Below, in pieces: positions 39,861-48,081 of a stretch of DNA of 64,000 nt (position 1 is its first letter; every line of letters begins with the position of its first letter). The stretch spans positions 1 to 64,000 of IMG/VR virus record IMGVR_UViG_3300014969_000016; one strand, 5' to 3'. The notes under the pieces are model-generated. The model was not told where the DNA came from, made no database searches, and saw only the letters and a program-made list of their open reading frames with translations. The stretch is from a virus. Taxonomy: Duplodnaviria > Caudoviricetes. A program made the translations under genes and the position numbers.

Positions 39861-40151
39861 TCAGCCCTTCCAGGTTCCGCTGCGGCGCTCGTTCTCGCTG
39901 GCGGGTCCGTGGTGCGTGTAGCCCTGGCTGAGGTAGTCGCCGCCCTCGTTGTAGCGACTGACGTACTGGCGCCGGGTAGCGACGCCGCCCACGTCCACGA
40001 CGGAGTTGTCGAACACCTCGCGATGCACCTTGCGGTCAGGGTTGTCAGCCTGGTTCGCCGCCAGCCGCCGACCGGACGACGACATCTTGTACTGGTGGGC
40101 CGGTGTTGACCGTTCCTTCTTGATGGCAGCGACCTGCTCAGCGCGCTTCAC
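39861..40151 (-). CDS. Hypothetical protein
   Basis: Translationally coupled ORF. Confidence 0.6.
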   Translation of the reverse strand: MKRAEQVAAIKKERSTPAHQYKMSSSGRRLAANQADNPDRKVHREVFDNSVVDVGGVATRRQYVSRYNEGGDYLSQGYTHHGPASENERRSGTWKG

Positions 40152-40303
40152 TTCTTCTTCGCTTCCTTCTTCAGGACGCCGCTGGCCTTCTTGATGGCCT
40201 TGCCCTCGGAGTCACCGGACTTCTCGGCCGACTCACGCACGTGCTCCCACTGACGGGACTTCTTGGCGGTGTTGGCCTTCTTGGTGTGTTCGGATGCGGG
40301 CAT
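40148..40303 (-). CDS. Small Lys-rich protein
   Basis: MPASEHTKKANT...RQWEHV; GGAGG RBS. Confidence 0.6.
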   Translation of the reverse strand: MPASEHTKKANTAKKSRQWEHVRESAEKSGDSEGKAIKKASGVLKKEAKKK

Positions 40304-40404
40304 CAGATCCTCCCTCGCAGTAGCAAGATGACGAGCAGGATGATCAGGATCAGCAGGATGACGCCCCCGCCGATGTAGAGGCCACCAGCAAGTAGGGGAA
40401 ACAT
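40303..40404 (-). CDS. 33-aa single-pass membrane peptide
   Basis: Manual translation MFPLLAGGLYIGGGVILLILIILLVILLLRGRI; TGATG overlaps at both ends. Confidence 0.6.
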   Translation of the reverse strand: MFPLLAGGLYIGGGVILLILIILLVILLLRGRI

Positions 40405-40622
40405 CAGCCACCTCTCCTTCGGTCACGTTCACGGTCGTAGGCATCGGGGTCTTCGTTCATGGCGATGCCTTCGAAGTTGGGCTTGACCTTGTTCCACTTC
40501 GGGTCGGGTGGCCCGTACTCCGGGTAGCTGGCCATCGAACGGGAGAGGGCGTCGAACTCCGGCCCCCGAAAGCGTTCACGGTGAACCTGACGGTTGGGGT
40601 CGTTCTCTCTACGGTCAGCCAT
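40404..40622 (-). CDS. Hypothetical protein
   Basis: GAGG RBS; coupled ORF. Confidence 0.6.
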   Translation of the reverse strand: MADRRENDPNRQVHRERFRGPEFDALSRSMASYPEYGPPDPKWNKVKPNFEGIAMNEDPDAYDRERDRRRGG

Positions 40623-40632
40623 CGATACCTCT

Positions 40633-40950
40633 CTATGCCACGGTGCTCTGGTGGCGGTTCATGATCTGGCCCACCGGCCCGTAGCTGTTGGTGTAGCGGG
40701 GCTGGTTGTCCTGCGTGAACGCCACCACCGGGTCCGTCATGCGCTGAGGCATCTGGATCGACAGGTTGCCATGCATGCGGGCGGTGGCGTCCTGGGCGCT
40801 CATCCCGGCGTCGCGCATGCGCTCCCAGTTGCCCTGGATGACCGGCCCTGCGTCACGGCTGCTGATACCACCGTCAGTGCTGGGATGGACGATGCCGATG
40901 GAACTGGGCCGACGTGCAGGACTCATGGCGGTGTTGATACCTCTGGCCAT
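40633..40950 (-). CDS. Hypothetical protein
   Basis: Coupled ORF, 105 aa. Confidence 0.55.
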   Translation of the reverse strand: MARGINTAMSPARRPSSIGIVHPSTDGGISSRDAGPVIQGNWERMRDAGMSAQDATARMHGNLSIQMPQRMTDPVVAFTQDNQPRYTNSYGPVGQIMNRHQSTVA

Positions 40951-41108
40951 CAGCGGGTGCTTTCTCTCCCACCCTTGGAGCGCTTGGCCTCACGGGTCTT
41001 GGCCGTGTCCTTCACACTCTTCGGAGCAGCATGGCGGGGTGCTTCCTTCTTGCCCTTGCCGAAGCTTCCCTTGTCCTTGCTGTCGGTGTGCTGGGCCTTC
41101 TCGGTCAT
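40950..41108 (-). CDS. Small Lys-rich protein
   Basis: MTEKAQH... start overlaps the upstream stop. Confidence 0.5.
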   Translation of the reverse strand: MTEKAQHTDSKDKGSFGKGKKEAPRHAAPKSVKDTAKTREAKRSKGGRESTR

Positions 41109-41296
41109 GTCCAGTCCCCCTTGGTCTGTCGGTTGGCCACGTTCCACTGTGAACGCTGCAGGTTGCCGTTGGCAACGACGGGCCTCTTGTCCGTGACGAT
41201 GCCCGATTGGTTGGTAGCCCGAGATGTCGGGTTGAGAGGTGTCTTCTTGGCCACCCTCTTGGACAAGGGTGCCTGGCGCTGTGGTCCGACAGGCAT
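41105..41296 (-). CDS. Hypothetical protein
   Basis: MPVGPQ... TGATG coupling. Confidence 0.5.
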   Translation of the reverse strand: MPVGPQRQAPLSKRVAKKTPLNPTSRATNQSGIVTDKRPVVANGNLQRSQWNVANRQTKGDWT

Positions 41297-43389
41297 CACC
41301 GAGCGAACCTTGGGTTCTGTGCGTAGATCGCATCGTTGCGCTTGCTGCGCTGGCGCAACTCCACCGAGGCGGCAGCGCGAGAGGGACGGCGCTTCGTATC
41401 GGGTCGCTCCGTGGCATCCCACGATGCGATGTTGGGGGCCGGTGCTCCACCCCTCGCCGCCGAGATGTGGGCAGCCGCCTCGGATTGCTCCGTGGCCACC
41501 CGTGATGCCGACTGGGCCATGCGCCCACGCAGTTCGATGGAGGCAGCATGCTCGTTGGCATGATCGGCGGGCGTCTTGGTTGGGAACAGCGGGCCTTGGC
41601 CAGCCTTCGGGTCGGCCTTGGCCGGTAGCGCCCGCCAGTTGCTGGCGTAGCGGGTGGCCTCCCCGGTATCGACATCGAACAGCGGAACGTTCTCGCCTGG
41701 CTTGGGCGTCTGGCCAGCAGGAGCATTGGGCCGACCGGCAGCTTGAGCAGCGATGTGCGCCTCGCGCTTCTTCAGGTCGGGATCCTTGTCCATGTCCATG
41801 CGGTAGGAAGTCCATGACCCGCCCTGGACGGCAACGGCCGGAACACCAGCGCCAACGTTGCGCCCAGCGGCCCGTGCCCGGTCGGTGACGATGCCTGCAG
41901 CCCGGTTGTTGACCTCGTTGGACATGGCATGCAACGCCTCTTCCTTGGTGAGCTTGCGCTCACCCTTGGGAGTAGGCATGTACTTGTCACCACTACCGAT
42001 GTTCATGACGTGCTCGTCAGAGCCGAGCAGCTTGGCCACCAAACTTGGTGAGCGAGCACTCTGGCCGACTTCCTTGCCCTCCACATCACGGGGCAAGGCC
42101 AATGACTGGGCCATCGCCCAGGTGTCCTGGGCCGTCGTGCCCTCATGGAGCTTCATCCCCGCATCGATCCTGGCGTTATCCCGTGCCGACTGCTCCGGGA
42201 AGAACTGCTCAGCGGCCACGGACGGACGATGCGGCACGTCGGGCTGGTGACCGGTGTTCAAGATGCCCTGGGTGACGTGCGCCTTGCCGTAGGGATCGGC
42301 TTCGTACTCGGGGCCGAAGATCGTGGGCTGTTCGAAGTACGGGTGATTCTCGGGTATCGATTCGTGGACCCTGCGATTGAACTCGGACACGTCGTTGGCG
42401 TCGGGGGCATCCTCACCCATCGATGCCAGGCCAGCGCCGAGCAGGCTCTGGTGGGTGTAGGTGGGCACCTTGCCGGTTGGCCCTTGATCGGCCTGGGTCT
42501 TCTGGCCCCGGATCATCTCGGTGCCGGTGGCGACCTCGGTGCCGCCCTTGGCGATGCCTCCGAGATCGACGTTGCCCGTCAGGTGGTCCCGGTGACGGGC
42601 GAGCATCGCCACCTGCTTCGGAGTGAAGTCACTGAAGTTGCGATTCTGGCCGGGAGCCATGTCGAGGTCTTCCATCGCCTGACCATGGGACTTGCGAACA
42701 TCAGGATCGGCGTTCTTGGGCAGCTTGGCCATCGTCAAGGACCGATCACCACGCCCGTGCTGGCCGTAGGAGATGGCCGTTGCCGCCGCTCGTTCCGACA
42801 CCGGGTCGTTCTGCGGACTCATCGACGTGGAGCCGACAACGGTCTGGCGTGTATCGGCGCCCGTTACTTCGGCCACCTTGGCCAGTTCGCCGCCATGACT
42901 CTGGTACCAGTCACCACCCGCAGGGATCACCGTGCCCCTGCCCTCCTTGACGTGGGCGACCGAGGCCAGGGCCGATGCGGACAGCGACGACGGGCCGAGA
43001 TCAGCATCGGTCACGCCGATGTTCCCGGACAGGGTGCGCTGCCCAGCCCGTGCGTAGTTGTCAGCCACACGCGCCGCAGCAACGTCCATCGTCACCGGGG
43101 TGGGGCTGTTGGTGAGGAGCGACGCTGCCGTGGTCATCTGCGCCGCACGGCGCTTCTCCTTGCCGATGTTGTCTACGTCGCCGCCCTTGGCCCCCGCAAC
43201 ACGCGCTGTTGCGTTGGCGGCGGCATTCGCCGCCATCGTGTGGGGGTTGGAGGCGATGTTCGTGAAGGCTGCCTCAGCCCGCGCCTTGCCCTCGGGAGAG
43301 AAGTCGGCCATCGTCGGCGGGCGACCGGTCGTCTCTCGGGGATGCAGCGGCGGTTGACCGTTGGCTTCGTCTCGACTCGTTCGGCCCAT
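41296..43389 (-). CDS. Large hypothetical protein, possibly a divergent HhH-glycosylase-like phage domain
   Basis: GGDWY...SMSPQN...KVPTY...QDTWA...PAVAVQGGSW motif series. Confidence 0.6.
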   Translation of the reverse strand: MGRTSRDEANGQPPLHPRETTGRPPTMADFSPEGKARAEAAFTNIASNPHTMAANAAANATARVAGAKGGDVDNIGKEKRRAAQMTTAASLLTNSPTPVTMDVAAARVADNYARAGQRTLSGNIGVTDADLGPSSLSASALASVAHVKEGRGTVIPAGGDWYQSHGGELAKVAEVTGADTRQTVVGSTSMSPQNDPVSERAAATAISYGQHGRGDRSLTMAKLPKNADPDVRKSHGQAMEDLDMAPGQNRNFSDFTPKQVAMLARHRDHLTGNVDLGGIAKGGTEVATGTEMIRGQKTQADQGPTGKVPTYTHQSLLGAGLASMGEDAPDANDVSEFNRRVHESIPENHPYFEQPTIFGPEYEADPYGKAHVTQGILNTGHQPDVPHRPSVAAEQFFPEQSARDNARIDAGMKLHEGTTAQDTWAMAQSLALPRDVEGKEVGQSARSPSLVAKLLGSDEHVMNIGSGDKYMPTPKGERKLTKEEALHAMSNEVNNRAAGIVTDRARAAGRNVGAGVPAVAVQGGSWTSYRMDMDKDPDLKKREAHIAAQAAGRPNAPAGQTPKPGENVPLFDVDTGEATRYASNWRALPAKADPKAGQGPLFPTKTPADHANEHAASIELRGRMAQSASRVATEQSEAAAHISAARGGAPAPNIASWDATERPDTKRRPSRAAASVELRQRSKRNDAIYAQNPRFAR

Positions 43390-43703
43390 CAGCCCTTCCT
43401 TCCCCGTGGATCCCGCCACCCCTTGGAGATGGCCTTGGCCCGCCTGGCCTCCAACACGTCGGGCCGGAACGGCTGGAGTGCTGGCGGCATCGCGAACTTG
43501 TTGAGATACTTGCGGTGTACCTCTTTCAACACGTTCGGATCGGCGTTGATCATCTCGTAGCCGCTGTTGACCTCGGCAGACGGCTTGACCAGGTACTTCT
43601 GGATGTTGGAGACAGGGCGTCCCGCCGTGGCAGGGCCAAGTGCTCCAGAAGCTGCTCTAGCGCCTTTCGACCCGGCCGCGCCCACTGAGATGGGCTTGGC
43701 CAT
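43389..43703 (-). CDS. Hypothetical protein
   Basis: Coupled ORF, 104 aa. Confidence 0.55.
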   Translation of the reverse strand: MAKPISVGAAGSKGARAASGALGPATAGRPVSNIQKYLVKPSAEVNSGYEMINADPNVLKEVHRKYLNKFAMPPALQPFRPDVLEARRAKAISKGWRDPRGRKG

Positions 43704-43709
43704 GGTGGG

Positions 43710-44072
43710 TCAGTCGCTGACTTGGGCGGGGTTGAGGCGACGGATGCGTGCCTCGCTCCCCACTTCGCGTTCGAAGCTGGCCGGTCCCTGACCGATGGAA
43801 GCGCCGATCACGAAGTCGTTCAGCATGGTGGGGGCTTCGATCCAGGTGGCGCTGCCGACATGGGCACGCTCACGCATCGTCTCGGCCTCGCCCTTCCAGA
43901 CGGTGTACGGACGCTGACGAGCGTCGCCACCGGGATCGCCGTAGGCGCCCTGGCCGAAGTCGTTGGGAACGTCGGTGTCCGTGGCAACGCCCTCTTCGAA
44001 GCGGAGTGGACCACGTCGAGCGTTGTTCACTGCCATGACGTGCTCATAGCCGCTCGCAGGTGCGTAGCTCAT
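43710..44072 (-). CDS. Hypothetical protein (head module)
   Basis: AAGGAGG RBS; LRFEEGVATDTDVP...ERAHVGSATWIEAP. Confidence 0.7.
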   Translation of the reverse strand: MSYAPASGYEHVMAVNNARRGPLRFEEGVATDTDVPNDFGQGAYGDPGGDARQRPYTVWKGEAETMRERAHVGSATWIEAPTMLNDFVIGASIGQGPASFEREVGSEARIRRLNPAQVSD

Positions 44073-44199
44073 TGATTGCCTCCTTAGGCCGGTATCACCC
44101 GAGCATAGACCAGGCAAACCTCTGTATCGAGGTTTCCTGGAGCGCTCTGAGGAGTCCCCGCCAAAGTGTAAAGCCGAATCTTGTGACGTTCGTCACAAG

Positions 44200-45822
44200 T
44201 CATCCCCGGCGAGTGAAGAACGGCGAGTCCATCTGCTCTACGACGGGGACGGCATCGTCCATCGTGCAGGCCGCAGCCAGGGCCAGGCTGTCCACGTAGT
44301 CCTCATGAGCCTCACGCTCGTCGGGGGCTTCTACCAGGAGGTATTGGCCCTTCATCACCTTCTCCACGTCCACCATCTGCTGACGGAAGCGTCGCCACAC
44401 CCTGGTGCGCCGTGCCTTGGAGTGGCCGGGGTAGATCAGCATCTGGCGTTGTATCAACTGGATGAGGTGCTTCCAGCGGTCGGCCTGGTTCTTGGCATCG
44501 GACGGGTACGGCCGAACTTCGGCCCGCGATCCGATCAGTCGGGCCATGCGGTCGGCAACGGCGCTGCCCATGCCCTGGGCATCGACGCCAACGTGGGAGA
44601 TCCAGTACGGCTCAAGGAAGTCGAGAATTTCGAAGTACTGCTCCTCCCAGGCTGTGTTGTGGATCTCCAGCCAGTTGAGGATGCGGTGCTCCCGGTACCC
44701 GGCCGGGTCGGGGAAGTCCCAGTCCACCCAACACACGGTGACGACGGTGGAGTCCTTCACACGGGCCGGGTCGATGCCCACCACGCAGGGAGAACGGTGC
44801 CATGCCTTGACTAAGCCCATCGACTTGTCAGCAAGGGCGTCCAGGTCGTCCTCGGTGATGAGCATGCCTCGCTCAAGCATCCACTTGAGCCGGTATGACA
44901 TCTGGAACTCTTCGGAGTCCTCCCCGAGACGGAGCTTCTCCTTGTCGATGAACTTCTTGTAGAACGGGTTGTACCGGGAGACGACTCGGTCGTCGTACTC
45001 AAAGTGGTTGGCCCGCTTACCCCGCTGACGGCGCTTGTTGAGGTTGATGGCCTTGTAGAAGTCACCCTTGTGATACCCAGGGGTGCCGATCTTGACCATC
45101 GTGCCGCCCGTGGCCGCGAGCATGGGGTGGATCGACTTGCGGATGACCTGCTCGTCGGCGTCCTGGCACTCGTCCACCACGATGATGTGATACGTGGAGC
45201 CTTCGATCTTGGCCCGAGGGTTGGCGGTCTGGCGTCTGCAGTAGGAGCCGTTGGAGAGTCGCACGACCTTGGACTTGCCATCGACCTTCTCATCGATCTC
45301 CGGGTCGGACAGGATCGATACCGCCCTATCGGAGGTCAGTCTCGACACGATGCGTGAGAACACCAGGTCAGACTGGTCATCGACCGGTGCGAACAGCCCG
45401 ATCCACACGCCGTCCTTGAACCGCTCCAGCAGCGGGTAGGTCTTGGCCAGGATGGGCAGCAGGATCATGCAACCCGACAGGGTGACGGCCACGACCTCGC
45501 TCTTGCCTGACTGGCGGGCCATCAGCCCGGTGATCTCTTCGGCATCCCCCAGAATCAGACTTTCGATCACCCGGTAAGACATCGTGCGCTGGTACGGCCG
45601 CAGTTCGTGGCCCCACAGTTCCTCGCAGAAGATGATGGTGCGCCGGATCAACTGATCCAGGAAGTTGGCCATCTCCGGGTCGAGGTCATCGATGGTGTCC
45701 GAGTCCTGATCTTCCAGGAGGGTGGCTTCCTCAGCCGCCTCTTCGGCAGCGAGTTCGGCCTCTTCCTCATCGGTGAGGTCGTAGCCCAGGTCCGTGATCA
45801 GATCAGAGATACCTACGACCAT
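44200..45822 (-). CDS. terL: Terminase large subunit
   Basis: Walker A ARQSGKS, Walker B IIVVDE, nuclease motifs GIDPAR and DYVDS; exact start uncertain. Confidence 0.93.
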   Translation of the reverse strand: MVVGISDLITDLGYDLTDEEEAELAAEEAAEEATLLEDQDSDTIDDLDPEMANFLDQLIRRTIIFCEELWGHELRPYQRTMSYRVIESLILGDAEEITGLMARQSGKSEVVAVTLSGCMILLPILAKTYPLLERFKDGVWIGLFAPVDDQSDLVFSRIVSRLTSDRAVSILSDPEIDEKVDGKSKVVRLSNGSYCRRQTANPRAKIEGSTYHIIVVDECQDADEQVIRKSIHPMLAATGGTMVKIGTPGYHKGDFYKAINLNKRRQRGKRANHFEYDDRVVSRYNPFYKKFIDKEKLRLGEDSEEFQMSYRLKWMLERGMLITEDDLDALADKSMGLVKAWHRSPCVVGIDPARVKDSTVVTVCWVDWDFPDPAGYREHRILNWLEIHNTAWEEQYFEILDFLEPYWISHVGVDAQGMGSAVADRMARLIGSRAEVRPYPSDAKNQADRWKHLIQLIQRQMLIYPGHSKARRTRVWRRFRQQMVDVEKVMKGQYLLVEAPDEREAHEDYVDSLALAAACTMDDAVPVVEQMDSPFFTRRG

Positions 45823-45832
45823 ACACGGGTAA

Positions 45833-45862
45833 ACCAAAGGCCACCCGAAGGTGGCCTTTGGT
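45833..45862 (-). terminator. Intrinsic terminator-like hairpin upstream of terL
   Basis: 13-bp perfect stem with cUUCGg loop on the minus strand, followed by a short T run. Confidence 0.65.
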
Positions 45863-45920
45863 CCCACTTACCGAAACAGGATCACTCCAAGCTTCGCTGC
45901 TGATCAGTGTAGCAGATGAC

Positions 45921-46199
45921 TCAACGTTTCCGACCCCTTGCGGGCTGTTTTCGGGGGATCGTACGCTTGCGGGGTTCGGTGGCCTGGTCGGCCTCCAGCG
46001 CCCGCTTGGCATCCTGGAACGACAGCAACGTGCGTCTGACCAAACGCTGGTACGGCTCCAGCCACATGGTGTGGCGAGTCTTCGCCTCCAGTATCTCAAC
46101 AAGCCAGTTGTACGACCCGGAGTCCAGGTAGACCGTGTAGATCGGCCCATCTTCCAGGTGTTCTATGGCGACGAGGCGCTTTTCCCTAGCTGTCGGCAC
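45921..46199 (-). CDS. Hypothetical protein
   Basis: ORF in a tightly packed minus-strand run. Confidence 0.5.
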   Translation of the reverse strand: MPTAREKRLVAIEHLEDGPIYTVYLDSGSYNWLVEILEAKTRHTMWLEPYQRLVRRTLLSFQDAKRALEADQATEPRKRTIPRKQPARGRKR

Positions 46200-46449
46200 G
46201 CGCCATCTTGCGCCGGTTGGCGTAGTACTCGTCGTTGATCTTCACGCAGGCATCCCCCAGGCAGCCCTTCTGGCGGCGGTAGAGGGAGGCGTGAGGGCAC
46301 TCGGCCGAATCGCTGTCAGGGTCCACTCCGCAGACGTGCTCTTCTGACACAACGATGGGCAGCGACTTACGGCCAGGGCGCTCCCGCAACAGGAGTTCCA
46401 CCTGGGCCTCCACACGGGCCAGCCGTGTATTCAGGTTCTCTTTCGACAT
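46186..46449 (-). CDS. Hypothetical Cys-containing protein
   Basis: C...C.H..Y...GC...C pattern. Confidence 0.55.
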   Translation of the reverse strand: MSKENLNTRLARVEAQVELLLRERPGRKSLPIVVSEEHVCGVDPDSDSAECPHASLYRRQKGCLGDACVKINDEYYANRRKMARADS

Positions 46450-46453
46450 TGTC

Positions 46454-46783
46454 TCATCCCAAGGGGGTGTTGAGGTCCGGGTTCACGTGGATCTGCCAAA
46501 CGACGCCGCCCGGAGCGATGCCCATCATGGAACCGGTGCCATCCGGCTCACGGACCTGCCACGTGACCTTGTCCCGTGATTCGGAAGCATCACGGAAGCT
46601 TTCGATCAAGTCAAGCGCGTCGCCAGCGGATTCGGCGTCGGTGGAGCGAACGGTCTGCATGTCGCCCATCGCTCCCTTGCGCAGTTCGATGGTGTAGTGC
46701 TTGTACACAGGCCACTCCAGGTGTAGTTCTTGCTGCTCGTACTCGGTGTCCCCGAAGTAGAGCTTGGTGGGTTGTTTGGTCAT
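46454..46783 (-). CDS. Hypothetical protein
   Basis: TATCCT 6 nt before the ATG (leaderless). Confidence 0.6.
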   Translation of the reverse strand: MTKQPTKLYFGDTEYEQQELHLEWPVYKHYTIELRKGAMGDMQTVRSTDAESAGDALDLIESFRDASESRDKVTWQVREPDGTGSMMGIAPGGVVWQIHVNPDLNTPLG

Positions 46784-46807
46784 AAGTCAAGGATACCGGT
46801 TCTTTGC

Positions 46808-47047
46808 CTAGTTCTCAACCCGGTCCTGTAACACCTGTACGGCGTCAAGGGCTTGGCGGATCTGGACTTCCATCTCCTGCAGCAGCCAAGCCGGGTCCAG
46901 TTCCTTGTGTGTGATACCACGAAACAGTTCCGCCGTCCTGCTGAGGGATGTCTCCAGCGCTAGCTCCAGATCCGGGGTCGGTAACCGTCCCAGCTTGGAA
47001 GTCCCACTGGATCGTGGCCGTGGCCCCGTCGCCTTGCGTCTCAGCAT
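46808..47047 (-). CDS. Hypothetical protein
   Basis: 79-aa ORF with a helical C-terminus. Confidence 0.5.
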   Translation of the reverse strand: MLRRKATGPRPRSSGTSKLGRLPTPDLELALETSLSRTAELFRGITHKELDPAWLLQEMEVQIRQALDAVQVLQDRVEN

Positions 47048-47287
47048 TCGTAGGTGTCCACTTCCCGATTTCCGTGGGCCGGTAGGAGAGGCCGAGGTGC
47101 AGAGCCTCTCGACGGTACCTGAACAGGCCCACGTGGAGCCAATGGTGTTGTGATACCCGTATACGGACTCCGTACGTGGACGCCCGGAACGGGATGCTGT
47201 CCTCCACCACCCAGGAGCCGGTGAGGAGCGCTCGATCCTGCGGATCCTCTTCGAAGGCCCAATACAGCGGTATGCCTCTGACTCTGA

Positions 47288-47656
47288 TCATGTGCGCAGG
47301 CGGGAGCCGATGCCCTTGCGCTTCTCGTTGGAGGGGAAGTCCTCTTCGCCCTCCATCTTGCGGTAGACCTTGCCGTTCAGGCTGGAGTTGACGTGCTTGC
47401 CCTTGCTGGCCACACGGGCAAACGCCCGGTAGCCCTCGTAGTCCACGTTCTCGTAGATATGGCCTGGCCCCTTGCCGTTGGTCCACTGCACCTGCAGTTG
47501 GCGCTGGAGGTGGTCGAAGCGGAAGCGGCTCACCCGTGTGGAGCGAGGGGTTTCGATCCACGGGCCGAGGTCGTGCTGGACGCCGATCTCGACGCCTGCG
47601 TAGACATCCTCGGCCAGGGTGGGTGGCTTCTCTGGTCCCGCCGTCTTCCTGGGCAT
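47288..47656 (-). CDS. KTSC-domain protein
   Basis: STRVSRFRFD...LQVQW.NG...YENV...F....SKGKHVN. Confidence 0.75.
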   Translation of the reverse strand: MPRKTAGPEKPPTLAEDVYAGVEIGVQHDLGPWIETPRSTRVSRFRFDHLQRQLQVQWTNGKGPGHIYENVDYEGYRAFARVASKGKHVNSSLNGKVYRKMEGEEDFPSNEKRKGIGSRLRT

Positions 47657-47695
47657 GAGATTAGACTAGCAAAGATTCGGTAACCTGGTATCACC

Positions 47696-47983
47696 ATGAG
47701 CTTCGACATAGACGAACCCATCCTCTGCCACACCTTCGGCGTGGGCATGACGGTGGACGATGACAACCCGGCCATCTTCATCGTGATGGGTGAGAGTGAA
47801 GACGCTCCACCCACCCACGGGGTACTGATGACGGCCGAAGGCTTCGCTGACTTCATGAAGCGCTGTCTGGCGCTCGCCATGGAGGTCGCGTCCATCAACC
47901 GGGAACTGGACGGGCTGGAAGGCGCCGCCCGCCACGCTCGCTTGGAAGCGATCCAGGGGCGCTACTCTGCTGGCCTGAACTGA
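47696..47983 (+). CDS. Hypothetical protein (plus strand)
   Basis: Divergent from the KTSC gene and followed by a hairpin. Confidence 0.6.
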   Translation: MSFDIDEPILCHTFGVGMTVDDDNPAIFIVMGESEDAPPTHGVLMTAEGFADFMKRCLALAMEVASINRELDGLEGAARHARLEAIQGRYSAGLN

Positions 47984-47988
47984 GTGGG

Positions 47989-48020
47989 TGGAGGGGCCGG
48001 GGTGCGATCCGGCCCCTCCA
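47989..48020. terminator. Hairpin between convergent genes
   Basis: TGGAGGGGCCGG/CCGGCCCCTCCA 12-bp stem. Confidence 0.6.
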
Positions 48021-48081
48021 ACAATCACACAAGGGCGTGATGGCCAGCCTGGGTGATGATCACCCAGGGTAACACAACGGA

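Noticed and set aside
44200-45822. Intein or intron in the terminase (or in the helicase)
   Set aside because: Lengths are normal, motifs are contiguous, and no splice-junction motifs were seen.
46845-47291. ORF starting MIRVRGIPLYW
   Set aside because: Plausibly real (ATGA coupling), but it overlaps 46808-47047 by about 200 nt; I could not resolve the boundary, so it is not listed as a feature.
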